Shown: in pieces, positions 38,330 to 52,078 of the stretch
Layout: each line of letters starts with the position of its first letter
How positions within the stretch are numbered: the stretch's first letter is position 1
Source of the DNA: Octopus sinensis
Taxonomy: Eukaryota
Length of the DNA: 64,000 bases
NCBI RefSeq assembly: GCF_006345805.1
Contig: NC_043002.1
Location: 15,500,001-15,564,000, forward strand
Direction: 5' to 3'
The notes under the pieces: generated by a model
What the model saw: the letters and a program-made list of their open reading frames with translations, nothing else
The model's database searches: none
Told to the model about the DNA's origin: nothing
Translations under genes and position numbers: made by a program

Positions 38330-40682
38330 CTTTCCGATGACTGCAGAGTGCAATGTGAGGAAAACGAAACTGCTATTTCATAGTGGTTATTAGATTATGA
38401 GCGGGGGAACATTTCTCTTAATTCTAAGAAGGCCAATGATCACTCAGTGGCTTGTCTGAACTGTAATAGCGCTAGTGCCAACTTAAAGGCCGCCTAATTT
38501 CCTCCATAAATATTAAAGCGACATTGCAATTGAAATGTTACAATTCGCTTCAGCAGTTAGTATTCCAATATATAGCATATTTAACTGGAATAAATTTGAT
38601 TTGTTGCATGTTATTTAAAGGGGGTTATAATTCCCTAATAAATTATATTTTCATGACAATATACTTCGCTTAATATATCATATTTAATGAAAATATACAT
38701 TAACTATTGCCTTGTACGAAATGTGCGTTATAATTCAGCGATTTCAGAATATTTAATTGAAATAGAGTTTAACTGATGTATATTTAATAGGAGTATAATT
38801 CCTCTGATTTTATATTTAATATCTGTGGGCTGTGATCGCTAAAGAATCTATCAAATCATGTATGACACGCATGATAACAAGGTTAATTGTTTGATTAATA
38901 CAATCGATTTGACACGGCAAATGCCAACCGAAATGGCACGATCTATTGGCTTCGAAATCAATGAAATATTGATACATTAGCTCGAAAATCAATGTTACAT
39001 AATTTAACAGGAAATAATATATCTTACATCTGATGCAATTTTCTCATTTTATTTCAGAAAGAACCCTTACCTCTCAATTGAACATTCGTTCCTTTTAACT
39101 TTATTTAATAATCCATATAAAGATCAGAGCCCTTTTATTTGATATAAATTTGCTGTTACAAGTCTCGTATTTATATCTAACGCATGCATATCTAGCTAAT
39201 CATTACTGCATATAAAACCACATAATTTTTTTACTGACACAGACTAAGTGATTTTTTGGGTGAAAATATCAAGATTTTAATTCATTTTTGGAATATTTAC
39301 TACTTTGCTCCTAACAGCGTATGTTCAATCACATTCATGTTATACTGTTTCTCACTTGCCGTGTTCACTATCATATATATTGATCAAGATTGTTTAACTG
39401 AAAAGCAAAAATAAAGGAAATCATTAAAAGACAATGCGAATGTGAAGCAGGGGGAGGAGGTATAACAGGAAGAGAACGAGAAGTGAAGAATGAGGAAGAG
39501 TACAAAATGATGATGTCGGCGTGGGCGATGGCGATGACGAAGGTGGAGACGAAAAGACGACGACGACGACGACGATGATGATGATGAAAGTTTTATTAAT
39601 ACAAAAGCATTGAAACGAAAAGTCTATTCAAGACTGAAACACCATAAATTCATAAATCTACTCACATGACGACGTAGAGAAAATATATTGCTGATGGTTG
39701 GGTTGGGAACTCACTTAAGTCAGTTGCCATCAAATTATGAAAGTCACTTTTGCATTTATATGACAACAGGAATACTACTTCTCTCTGTTATTATATAGTT
39801 ATTGAGCCATATATATGTCTATTGTGTGAGTTGAGGTTTCCCTACTTTTAAAGTAACCAAGAATACATCCATAGAAGTTGAATAGCACACAAGCAATAAA
39901 GAATATACTTTGGAAGACCATATTATTTATTTTGTTTTCATCTCTTTTAGTATAAAATGCAGCGAAGCCAAATTTAACAAGTATGTGTTTTCTACTTTTA
40001 CTAGCCATCATAATATTATAATTTGAAATGCTTAATACAATAAACTCACGCTAGTAACAGAGTACAACATAAAGAATGACCTTCATTCATGATTGTGTCG
40101 CTTCTATAAATGCATGTACTTGTGTGTAAGTGTATGAGGGAAAATATATTTATTTATTTTCTGAGTGAATCTCATAGGAATAATGGCGCATACGTTTCGT
40201 AGGTTAGGCTTTATTTATATTTTCCCCTTTTAATCTCTGGACATCTTTGGTATAAGTGTATAGGAAATCTGCACAGCTACAACATTCTATGACAACCTGA
40301 CAAGTAATCATCAGATTAAAGGAAGAAACTGTTTCGGGAGATACTTTTATCTCATGAAAAATGTAACCGTCAAATGTGGAATAAACCTTACTCAACTTCT
40401 TCCGATTTTATTTGCTCATGATTGATATATTCATTCACATCATCTTCGCTTGCTTTGAACATTGCAGAGTCAAAAATGTTGGAATTCCCCGGAATATACG
40501 CAATATATTACAACAAAACAAAGCGTTTTAAATTTAGAATAATGTATGAATTCTGCAATATATATAACGACATAGTCCAGAGAAGAGAACCAAGGCATAG
40601 TGCAAAGAAGAGTACCATATATATAAATATATATATATATATATATGCCAGAAACGTTAGCGCGCTGGGCGAAAGTCGTATA

Positions 40683-40972
<290 letters not shown>

Positions 40973-41209
40973 TATATATTATATATATATAATATATATA
41001 TTATATATATATATATATATATACTAAGCAATAAAGAGTTTAGCAACAAATTGCCTTACCACATACCGAATTTAGAAATAGCAGTCAAAAAGTTATAGCT
41101 ATTTCTTCTACTAAAAAGGGAGATCTCAGTAAAAACAGCAATTGGAAGGCAGACACAAACAGGTAAGAGAGAATGAATTGACGGCAATCTATCATACAAT
41201 TTTAAGTTA

Positions 41210-41309
41210 TCTACGGACGTATGTTTCGAAATCAAGTTTTTAGGAAAGGATAAGAATTAAATATTAAATAATTCTATCTTACCAAAACTTCTTTTCTCTT
41301 CAGCGTAGA
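41210..41309 (-). ncRNA. Type I hammerhead ribozyme, array copy 1 (helix III palindrome carries one substitution)
   Basis: CTGAAGA 41303-41297, GAAA 41227-41224, CATACG-TC, cleavage between 41216 and 41215, helix I TCTACG/CGTAGA. Confidence 0.85.
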
Positions 41310-41802
41310 ATACTATAATCATAAATGATTATATATTGAATTTTGAGATACTAGAAGGCACCAACTCAACTCAGTATCAGAGCGAGCTAGAATCCGCAAC
41401 TAGTATCACTAAATTCAATGCGTGAATGAAAAGATTGTGTCACCAGCCCCTTCCCACCCGCGAGTAGCCAAAACAAGATGCTGTGGTCATCTACTGAGAT
41501 AAAATATGGTTATCCGTAATAATGAAGGGTGAAATTAATTAATTTGGAATAATTATCAATTACACCAAGTAGTCATCGGCATCTAAAAGCCTCATTCGAG
41601 GAGAATTTAAGTAATACTAAGCAATAAAGGGTTTAGCGACGAATTGCCTTACCACATACCGAATTTAGAAATAGCAGTCAAAGAGTTATAGCTATTTCTT
41701 CTACTAAAAAGGGAGATCTCAGTAAAAACAGCAATTGGAAGGCAGACACAAACAGGTAAGAGAGAATGAATTGACGGCAATCTATCATACAATTTTAAGT
41801 TA

Positions 41803-41901
41803 TCTACGGACGTACGTTTCGAAATCAAGTTTTGAGGAAAGGATAAGAATTAATATTAAATAATTCTATCTTACCAAAACTTCTTTTCTCTTCAGCGTAG
41901 A
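41803..41901 (-). ncRNA. Type I hammerhead ribozyme, array copy 2
   Basis: CTGAAGA 41895-41889, GAAA 41820-41817, CGTACG-TC, cleavage between 41809 and 41808. Confidence 0.9.
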
Positions 41902-42393
41902 ATACTATAATCATAAATGATTATATATTGAATTTTGAGATACTAGAAGGCACCAACTCAACTCAGTATCAGAGAGCGAGCTAGAATCCGCAACTAGTAT
42001 CACTAAATTCAATGCGTGAATGAAAAGATTGTGTCACCAGCCCCTTCCCACCCGCGTGTAGCCAAAACAAGATGCTGTGGTCATCTACTGAGATAAAATA
42101 TGGTTATCCGTAATAATGAAGGGTGAAATTAATTAATTTGGAATATTATCAATTACACCAAGTAGTCTTCGGCATGTAAAAGCCTCATTCGAGGAGAATT
42201 TAAGTAATACTAAGCAATAAGGGTTTAGCAACGAATTGCCTTACCACATACCGAATTTAGAAATAGCAGTCAAAGAGTTATAGCTATTTCTTCTACTAAA
42301 AAGGGAGATCTCAGTAAAAACAGCAATTGGAAGGCAGACACAACAGGTAAGAGAGAATAAATTGACGGCAATCTATCATACAATTTTAAGTTA

Positions 42394-42493
42394 TCTACGG
42401 ACGTACGTTTCGAAATCAAGTTTTTAGGAAAGGATAAGAATTAAATATTAAATAATTCTATCTTACCAAAACTTCTTTTCTCTTCAGCGTAGA
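42394..42493 (-). ncRNA. Type I hammerhead ribozyme, array copy 3
   Basis: CTGAAGA 42487-42481, CGTACG-TC, cleavage between 42400 and 42399. Confidence 0.9.
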
Positions 42494-43011
42494 ATACTAT
42501 AATCATAAATGATTATATATTGAATTTTGAGATACTAGAAGGCACCAACTCAACTCAGTATCAGAGCGAGCTAGAATCCGCAACTAGTATCACTAAATTC
42601 AATGCGTGAATGAAAAGATTGTGTCACCAGCCCCTTCCCACCCGTGTGTAGCCAAAACAAGATGCTGTGGTCATCTACTGAGATAAAATATGGTTATCCG
42701 TAATAATGAAGGGTGAAATTAATTATTTGGAATAATTATCAATTACACCAAGTAGTCTTCGGCATGTAAAAGCCTCATTCGAGGAGAATTTAAGTAATAC
42801 TAAGCAATAAAGGGTTTAGCAACGAATTGCCTTACCACATACCGAATTTAGAAATAGCAGTCAAATAGTTATAGCTATTTCTTCTACTAAAAAATTCACG
42901 CATTGAATTTAGTGATACTAGTTGCGGATTCTAGCTCGCTCTGATACTGAGTTGAGTTGGTGCCTTCTAGTATCTCAAAATTCAATATATAATCATTTAT
43001 GATTATAGTAT

Positions 43012-43110
43012 TCTACGCTGAAGAGAAAAGAAGTTTTGGTAAGATAGAATTATTTAATATTTAATTCTTATCCTTCCTAAAAACTTGATTTCGAAACGTA
43101 CGTCCGTAGA
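43012..43110 (+). ncRNA. Type I hammerhead ribozyme, inverted array copy 4
   Basis: TCTACG(43012-17)-CTGAAGA(43018-24)-GAAA..long hairpin..TTTC(43089-92)-GAAA(43093-96)-CGTACG-TC(43104)|CGTAGA(43105-10). Confidence 0.9.
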
Positions 43111-43462
43111 TAACTTAAAATTGTATGATAGATTGCCGTCAATTCATTCTCTCTTACCTGTTTGTGTCTGCCTTCCAATTGCTGTTTTTACTAAGATCTC
43201 CCTTTTTAGTAGAAGAAATAGCTATAACTCTTTGACTGCTATTTCTAAATTCGGTATGTGGTAAGGCAATTCGTTGCTAAACCCTTTATTGCTTAGTATT
43301 ACTTAAATTCTCCTCGAATGAGGCTTTTAGATGCCGAAGACTACTTGGTGTAATTGATAATTATTCCAAATTAATTAATTTCACCCTTCATTATTACGGA
43401 TAACTATATATATATATATATATTTAAATATATATGCGAACTTAATCGGGGTCTGATTGGCA

Positions 43463-43700
43463 TCTTTCTCCATGTTTCCTGAAATTTATATCCTCATCTT
43501 TATGAGTATATTTACCTTCTCTGGGATGTCACTAATTAATTTGAGAACTTTACATTGTTGGAAAGCATATATGGTTTGCTTGGAATCTTGCTTCAAGTTC
43601 CCAGAGCTCACATCTACAACTTTATAAGTATATTTACACTCTCTAAGATGTTACTAATTGATTTGAGATCTTTACATTATTGGAAAACCTATATGAAATT
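43463..43700. repeat. Diverged ~122-bp tandem duplication
   Basis: tttat.agtatatttac..tctct..gatgt.actaatt.atttgaga.ctttacatt.ttggaaa occurs twice. Confidence 0.7.
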
Positions 43701-43852
43701 AGCTGAAGATTACTTAGCATATTATATTTGCTGTAACATTTGCAGCTTTAATAAATTGTTATAGCATGAAACAATTGTACTAAATTACCGATCCATTCTT
43801 GTTGCTTATGTTTGGGTTATATTTAAATATATATATATATATTTATACATAC

Positions 43853-43928
<76 letters not shown>

Positions 43929-43930
<2 letters not shown>

Positions 43931-44134
43931 GAGGGTGTTTGTCTCTCCAACATCGCTTGACAACTGATGCTGGCGTGATTACGTCAACGTAGCTTAGCGG
44001 TTCGGCCAAATAGACCGATAGAATAAGTACTAGGATTGCAAAGTATAAGTCATGGGGTCGATCTTCTGGACTAAAAGGTGATGCTCCAGCATGGGCGCAG
44101 TCAAATAACTGAAACAAGTAAAAGAGAAAAGAGA
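43929..44134 (+). mobile_element. SINE family A, 3' half
   Basis: Body and tail ..ccagcatgggcgcagtcaaataactgaaacaagtaaaagag. Confidence 0.8.
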
Positions 44135-44135
44135 G

Positions 44136-44200
<65 letters not shown>

Positions 44201-44999
44201 ATTATATATATATATATATATATAATTATCGTCACTAAAGGCACGTTTAAACCATTGAATATTACTATCTACATTAATCTTCTGTATACATATTAGCGTT
44301 TCGCTGAAGCCCCCTTTGATGTTATGGTGAAAATAAAGACTGACAGAGTATTAACTCCGGAATCTCCCAAAGTCGAGCCATCCCTTACTGATTTCGAAGG
44401 AAATTGCCGTAACTGGCTGGACAGTAATGCGAATTCTTGATCGGTGTTTTCGGGCAATTAAAATCCCTGTCAGTATATATGTATATAATTATGTGATTTC
44501 ACTACAGCATTAGAGCACTTTCGGTTTTATTTCTAGCAATGAAGGTATTTCTAACACCATAGTTATATTTACTGACAATTACAGTTTTACTTTTTGGTAA
44601 AAGATTGCACACTGCTGTCTATATTTATCTTCTGTATACACATTAGCGATTCACTAAATCATCTATAGATTTCTATAGTAAAAACATATATACTGAAAAC
44701 GAATTGACTCTGGCATCTGCCGAAGTCCTTGAATAATGAATCGTCTTCCGATTCTGTGAGGAATGTAATTTGGGAATTTTTCCAGCCAAAAATATACGGG
44801 CTCTATTTTTTATTCGTGAGAAATCGAAGTGTAAAGGTTTATTATATGGAATGAAACTGAAGGATGGTTTAAAAAGTTCAGGTCATGCCTTATAAAGCTC
44901 AGTATAAGCTAGAGAATAGGTTTTAGGAAGACGTCAATAAAGCTACTGAGCTTGTGTGTTTCACAGGAAGGACCGGCCAGAAGTGGTCTCAATTTGAGA

Positions 45000-45990
45000 T
45001 CCCTTCTCAAGGAATAAAATTCATCCTACAAAACAACGTTTTAACTTCATCGAGAACTCCTACAGTCAAGAATCAAGCACTGAGATGTCACGAGTGTAGT
45101 TCCTACTTTTGCTAACTATATCATGGCATACTTGGACGTCCAAGTATAGGAGCACACTAGAGCGAGATTTGGAGACAACTTCCAAAAATACCAGTCAATT
45201 GGAAACACTATTTCGATGATTGTTTCATTCTCTGGTCGAATAAAATTGAGCAACTCTTAGAAATTAAAAACCTAATCAACAGCATTAACCACAATATCAA
45301 ATGTACAATGGAATACAGCCACAAACAGCATTATGATTAAGATGACCTTCCTGGACATCTTAATCATAAAATGATAATAAAATTGAAAACGACATCTATT
45401 TCAACCAACGTACGCCAAAGAATATCTTCTATTCTCTTCCTGTCACCCACTTGTCAAGAAGAATTTGCACGATTGCGTCAAATCCCGTAACCCGAGATAA
45501 ACGACTCCAAAAAGTTAAAACACATTACTAGAAAGAAAATATCCGGCTACTTTAATTAATAATGGAATAGAAGATGAAAAACGATAGACATCCAAGAATT
45601 ACGAAAAGCAAGAAAACCCCATGACACACTTAGAACTTTGTCTTGCGTATCAACACACAATCCTAGGAACACCAAAGCGTACCACATCATCCACCAAAAC
45701 ATAACCGTCCTTATGAACAACCGGGGAGTTAAAATGCACTTTAAACATATAGGATTATTAAAAGCATGAGACAACCGCAATCCATAAAAAGATTACTTAC
45801 CAGTGTCCTGTTACCCACCAAAGATACAACTCCTATGGTAAAAAAATGCAACTGCCCTAAGTGCTTGACTTCCATCTTGGAGGGCGCAGCATTTAGGGCA
45901 GGTATAACATTCAACATAACAAACCTCTTCACCTGTGCATCGAAGAACTTAATCTACGTCCTCAAATGTGGTGGGTGTGATGGAGTTTGA
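45000..45990 (+). mobile_element. Decayed Neptune-type PLE (RT to start of GIY-YIG)
   Basis: GIKFILQNN.., KHYFDDCFILW, FLDILII, STHNPRN, KKCNCPKC, FTCASKNLIYVLKCGGC; truncated next to an R4-type remnant. Confidence 0.8.
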
Positions 45991-45999
45991 TCTTGAATT

Positions 46000-46780
46000 A
46001 CAGATTGACTCCATTGCAAATACATTGTGGACCACTGTTTTATTGAATGCAGAGGTTTCTGAGGTCTAAATTTTCTTTATTCGGCAGCAATATTCTTTAG
46101 TGACATGTCTTTTCTTACACGTCCCACAGTAAGATATATTTTCATCCACCCCTAGATACCTTTAACATTCCTCGTCAGATACAAGTGAAATAGTCAAATC
46201 CTTAATGAAGATGTTACTAGTCTAGTTTATAGCTTTCCCTCTTTTCACAACCATGTAATAACATTTATCCTAACCAAGAAGCCAATCCTACATCCTTTGA
46301 GAATGTTGTAACTAGGTCAAGGAGCTTTTTCACCTCATGCATATACTTTGCATAAAGTTTCCAGTTATCCACAAAGAAACAGTGTTAAATTTTGCTATTT
46401 CTTTTTCCTTGTGACCCAGTGAGATATCCTTCAGACTTTTTAAACGTTGATGACAAGAGGTTTGCGGAAATTATTAACAACATGAAAGAGAGGCTGTCTG
46501 CTTGGAATGCGCCTTTGAGATACTGTATTCTATCGATGATAATACTCTCAATCTTTGTGTTTAATTTCAAAATAGTGTCTCACGATGAAATCAGATCAGC
46601 TATGGCATTGAATATTAACACTTTTGCAAGTTGAAGTCCTTCTAGCATCCATGAGTGGGTAACAGAGTCCATGTCTTTCTTGTTGTCTAGCCTCATTGAT
46701 ATTAGGTTCCTCCTATGCTCCCGCACCTCTGGCATAAAAATTTTGTTGATTAACAATTGCTTGGCACATCCACCGACTCC
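46000..46780 (-). mobile_element. Decayed R4/Dong-type LINE, RT domain
   Basis: DSVTHSWMLEGLQLAKV, YLKGAFQADSLS (degenerate QGDSLS), FFVDNWKLYAK (degenerate DDLKLY), LDLVTTFSKDVG. Confidence 0.75.
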
Positions 46781-47617
46781 CTTCGTCTCAGCTGCTTGCT
46801 CTTTTCTACTCTAGGCGCAAGGCCCGAAATTATTGACCCCGAAAGGATGAAAGGCGAAGTAAACCTCGTCGGAATTTGAACAAGATTTCACAGGCACAGG
46901 GAGGGATATAGATGTTACACGGACGATGGCCGAACCAAGAAAGAAAGGTCATGCTTAGCGGAAAACCTGTCATGTGAAGAGAGAAGAGAGAGATGTAGAA
47001 GGAGAGTGACGGAAGAATTAAGGAGGGTCGAGAGAAAAAGACAGAGACACACTGATGTGAAAAGAGGGGGGAAAGTGAGCATGAGGAGAAGGCAAGGAAA
47101 TATGAGAGAGGGGGAACAAAAGAAAGAAGGGTGGATTGAACGAAGTCAGCGAGAAAGAGTTGATAGATAGAAGGAAAGAATAAAAGAAGAGAGTCGTACA
47201 GGATTTAGATAAATATATAATTACATATAAGAGAGCAAAGTGTACGTACGTCAATGTGATTGTATGTATTTATCTATGTAGTTATATGTGGTTGTTTTAA
47301 TTATAGGATTCCAACTCGATATACTAAAGTACTGAAGTAATTGGATAATTAAATTACTAACGTTCTGGTGTATCTCAGGCAACATAGTTCCGACCTGGTA
47401 CATATGGACAAGTTAACGCATTTATTAAGAGATATTGGGGAGGGGAATCACTGCTGAAACCTCATTCTATATATTCTACACACACATGTTTAATCTTAAA
47501 AGAATTCCTCAGGCATGAATGACAATGCTGTCACTTGGAATTACAGACACAATGCATTTGACTAACATCTCAATGCTTTCTGCCAATCAAAGTTTACTCA
47601 ATATATGGTATAAATTG

Positions 47618-47850
47618 GGCGGCGAGCTGGCAGAATGCTTAGCACGCTGGACGATATGCTTAGCGGTATTTCGTCTGCATTTGCTTTCTGAGTTCAAAAT
47701 CCGCCCAGGTCGACTTTGCCTTTCATCGTTTCAGGGTCGATACAATAAGTACCAGTTACGTACTGGAGTCAAAATGTAATCGACATAATCCGTTTGTCTG
47801 TCCTTGTCTGCCCCCTATATGTTAAGCCCCCGGTGGGTAATAAAGAAATA
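47618..47850 (+). mobile_element. tRNA-derived SINE family C
   Basis: GGCGGCGAGCTGGCAGAA..GAGTTCAAAATCCGCC..GTGGGTAATAAAGAAATA; second copy at 62162-62392. Confidence 0.85.
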
Positions 47851-48063
47851 AATCTGCAGAACTTTATAATTGTACAAGACACCTGTTATTCGAATCAATC
47901 CCAGCAACCCATGCAAGTTGAAATATACAACAGAATTGCTTTTATAAAGTCACAGACACTCCCACAGACACACACATATATACGTACATACACAACTATA
48001 TATACGTACATACATATATATTTACATATATATTATATATACATAAAAATATACATATATATA

Positions 48064-48103
<40 letters not shown>

Positions 48104-48129
48104 TATATGTATATATATATATATCTATA

Positions 48130-48170
<41 letters not shown>

Positions 48171-48247
48171 CAAAGTTAATCCAAACATGAAAGCACAAAA
48201 AAACACAACACGAGGACTTGGAACAAATATATATATATATATATATG

Positions 48248-48839
48248 TTTATATTGTATAGAGGGCATTATTACACATAAATGCCACACGCTAAGAGGGA
48301 CATAAGTCATTACTACCAAAATTTAACTAATCATACCTAATGCAGTACCCGAAGCAAAACATTTAAAAAACTGAATTCACTTCTATATCACCTGTGATTT
48401 CGCAATTAACTTATCAAATACATCTTTTGTTCATCAGTAGAACAGATTCTGAACACATCATAAATAAACAACCAACATAACTAGTGAGGCCAAACAGACA
48501 TCTGCTCCCCTCGGCGAAGCACATGGAAATGTTTATTCATCATATATTCGGTAAATGGCGAGCTTTTTCGAACTGCATGTCGGCAGGAAAAGTTTTTCTT
48601 CGGGATAAATTTAACAATTAAGGATAAAATCTTAATAAGTAATCTTAACAAGAAATTATCAGGTAGTTAGCGTGAAAAACCTCATAAGAGAAAAAATTCG
48701 AAAATAATTTTTTCACTTGAAAATATTTATTTATATTGTATAGAGGGCATTATTACACATAAATGCCACACGCTAAGAGGGACATAAGTCATTACTACCA
48801 AAATTTAACTAACCATACCTAATGCAGTTCCCGAAGCAA
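48248..48839 (-). mobile_element. PLE-LTR-like partial tandem (482-bp unit + 110-bp repeat) with a degenerate hammerhead
   Basis: Direct repeat 48248-48357 / 48730-48839; left end abuts (AT)n; HHR motif at 48381-48442 on the minus strand. Confidence 0.65.
48381..48442 (-). ncRNA. Type I hammerhead motif, canonical core, AUA triplet, A10.1-C11.1 mismatch
   Basis: TTCTA-CTGATGA(48437-48431)-ACAA..TTGC-GAAA(48401-48398)-TCAC AG GTGA-TA|TAGAA; helix I TTCTA/TAGAA. Confidence 0.65.
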
Positions 48840-48912
48840 GACAGAAAGAAACAAAGAAAGAAACAAGGAGATAAAAGTAGAGAATGTGTAGTGGCTAGCG
48901 ATCTATCATGGC

Positions 48913-48994
<82 letters not shown>

Positions 48995-51560
48995 ATATAT
49001 AAATATATATATCATAAATATATATTATGAATATATATATATATATATACGTATGCGTGTATATGTGTGTGTATGCAACTGTTCGCTTGCATGTAAGAAT
49101 ATTTCTAATCTTACGTAGTTGTACCTATATGTACACATACATATGTTTATGTATATGTGTGTATGCCAGTTGTATTTACAGTCAACTGCATTTACATCAT
49201 CAGCATCACTGTTATCTTCAGCTCGTTTCTCCCCACCGTCGTACTCTTTTTATCATCTTTGATGTTTATATTGGGTTCGGCGACAGATACGCAACGTGCA
49301 CTTTTGTAGACACACATTCCTTCGTATACCTTTGAAGTAATTCATCGTAAAATAAAATTATGTCTCCAGAAATAGTAATATTACCAGATAATTACTAGTT
49401 CGGTTATAGTTATATCTATAAATATTCGTTTGTGTACTCAGAAGTTGATGTTTATTACCGCGTCTAGTCTCACGATAGTGAAGTGCTAAATCGGCACACT
49501 TTCTCTAATTAGCAATGATTTACATCATTCATTTATATTTATCAGAATTGGCTATTTCTTGCTTTTCTTGTACGCACTCACACTCAACCTAACATATTCG
49601 TAGCAATTATCTCGTATCGATTTTTAACGCAACAAAAATTAACTCATTTGGTTACGTGCACAACGCCCTCTTGCCAGATCGAATTAGCAATCAACCAGGT
49701 CACATATATATCCCAAGCCACTGTGTATGTCCAATGCACCCCGCGACGCCTAAGCAGCTGCGTCCATTCAACTACTACACCATGATATAACTACTTTCAC
49801 CATGCTTTTCTACTGCTACTACATAAACTATGTTTTGTTAACTATTTCACATTAGATGAACTTCTCTTCATCCAACTGGCTTCACTTACATCACTCCTGT
49901 TTGCCTTATTTCCAAAATAAATCATTTTATTAAAAATATTACTTTGGTATATTTTTCCCTCTTCTTTTGAAATACGGTAGCCATTTAATTGTCGCTATAT
50001 TCAACTTGCTCCAATTTGCATGCTTTTTCCTTTCAAAACATATTTAAGTTCGAAAATCGTTGGCCTTTTCAGAGTTGACTAAAAATATTTGCCACCTCTG
50101 ATAATTTATTCACTGTAAATTGTCATGTTATCAAAATCACCCTAGTCTCGACCTTAGTGTTTTATTCTACACACAATGCATACACTAATTACATTATGCA
50201 GTTTGTATGGATTCTGGAATTGGTGATTTGATGATTTGAAACGGCTGTGTGGAGACTGACGATTTCGTATGGTAGACGATTTCGTATTCAGTCTGTTGTG
50301 ATGGCACTACTTTTCGGCACTGGAACTAAACACATATGCAGGCGCACACGCGCATGCTTACCCACATGGACATAATATTCCGAGAAGAAAGGTGGAAGAA
50401 AGAGAGAGAGAAAGAGAGAGAGAGAGCGTGCGTGCGTGTGAGAGAAAGAGAGAGAGAGATATTACAGTTTATTGATTGAACACCCATAAACATAGGGAAA
50501 GAGTGAGAAAGCAAGAGAGTAAACGAGAGAAAGATTTAGACATCATATCAAATGAGACAGCGTCGAAGGGGAGAACCCAAATAGGCAGCGTCAATTCGAC
50601 TACGCCGAATATTCTCAGGAGAAATTCTCAGCAGAGATTTTAGAGAATTTTTGCTGCTATTTCTATCAAATCCATTGAAAATCAGTTACATTTTTTACTC
50701 TTAGTTGAATATTTTTTGGGTAGATATCAGAAAATGCTTCCCAATAAAATCCAAGCATGGTTCCAATCGCCCAGAAGAATCTCACTCAAATGATTAAAAT
50801 ACGGATAAAACTGCCGGCTTACATTAATTTCATTAAACGCATGTTAATTTAATTTAATCTTGTTTACTTTATGGCCACTTTGGAAACTACGCATTGCATT
50901 AAATATAAGCAAATATGTGTGAAATATACTGATATGATAGACAGAATCGCCTGTATAGTAAGGGTGTTTCCCCATGCCTGAAGATTTCTCACTGACGTAT
51001 TCACTGAGTTGCACTTAAATCGAATTCAATAGGCGCCTTGTCTGTGATACTAAATTTTGCCAGTGGAGTGAACTGAAGCAACTTTAACTCAGATGCTTTA
51101 CTCCAATACCCATTCCCCCCCCCCACAAACAGAATATCGAATCATATTACCAGAAGATTTGAAAATCGGTTATGTAAGCAACGATCCACATTGCCTTTCT
51201 GAAACTGAGATTGATCATACAGCAAAAGCTGATGTATATCTGCTAGCAATAATATTTCTTTTACCAACATATGTTTCAGTCACATAGTTAAATAATTCTA
51301 AATACAGAAAAAGGAATTGTGGCTACAGAAGAACATAATACGAAAATATGAGAATATATATTCACCATTACCATGGGATTCATCACTCTGTTCAACAGGA
51401 AACGTTTATGCACTGACTCCTTGTTTAAACTGCAGATGTTTTCCTTACATGTGCGTTTAGAATTGTCCTGACTCCATATACACATGCTTCAGACTAGAGA
51501 GATTTACATCATTCTCTCTCTTCGACTGGTATTTGTGGTGGTGGGGTCAACTGACACTGA

Positions 51561-51564
51561 AATA

Positions 51565-51614
<50 letters not shown>

Positions 51615-51678
51615 CATTGTTGTTGTTGTTGTTGTTGTTGCTATTGTTGTTGTTATTATCATTATTATTATTATTATA

Positions 51679-51709
<31 letters not shown>

Positions 51710-51774
51710 TATTATTATTATTATTATTATCATCATTGTTGTTGTTGTTGTTGTTGTTATTGTTGTTGTTATTA

Positions 51775-51853
<79 letters not shown>

Positions 51854-52025
51854 CATTGTTGTTGTTGTTGTTATTGTTGTTGTTATTATCATTATTATTA
51901 TTATTATTATTATTATATTATTATTATTATTATTATTACTATTATTATTATTATTATTATTATCATTGTTGTTGTTGTTGTTGTTGTTATTGTTGTTGTT
52001 ATTATCATTATTATTATTATTATTA

Positions 52026-52078
<53 letters not shown>

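Larger units (their letters stand above)
41022..43404. mobile_element. Hammerhead-containing tandem/inverted array (retrozyme-like or non-autonomous PLE derivative), ~592-bp unit x ~3.2 plus an inverted ~510-bp copy
   Basis: Unit starts at 41022, 41615, 42208 and 42798; junction 42893/42894; 42894-43404 is the reverse complement of ~42103-42611; (AT)n on both flanks; no ORF in the unit. Confidence 0.9.

Noticed and set aside
41022-42893. Array as CRISPR or as classical centromeric satellite
   Set aside because: Units are ~592 bp with no variable spacers; there are only ~3 copies with an embedded ribozyme and transposon-like ends, in a eukaryotic context.
49480-50340. Possible ancient DNA-transposon remnant
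   Set aside because: No identifiable TIR pair or translatable motif by eye.
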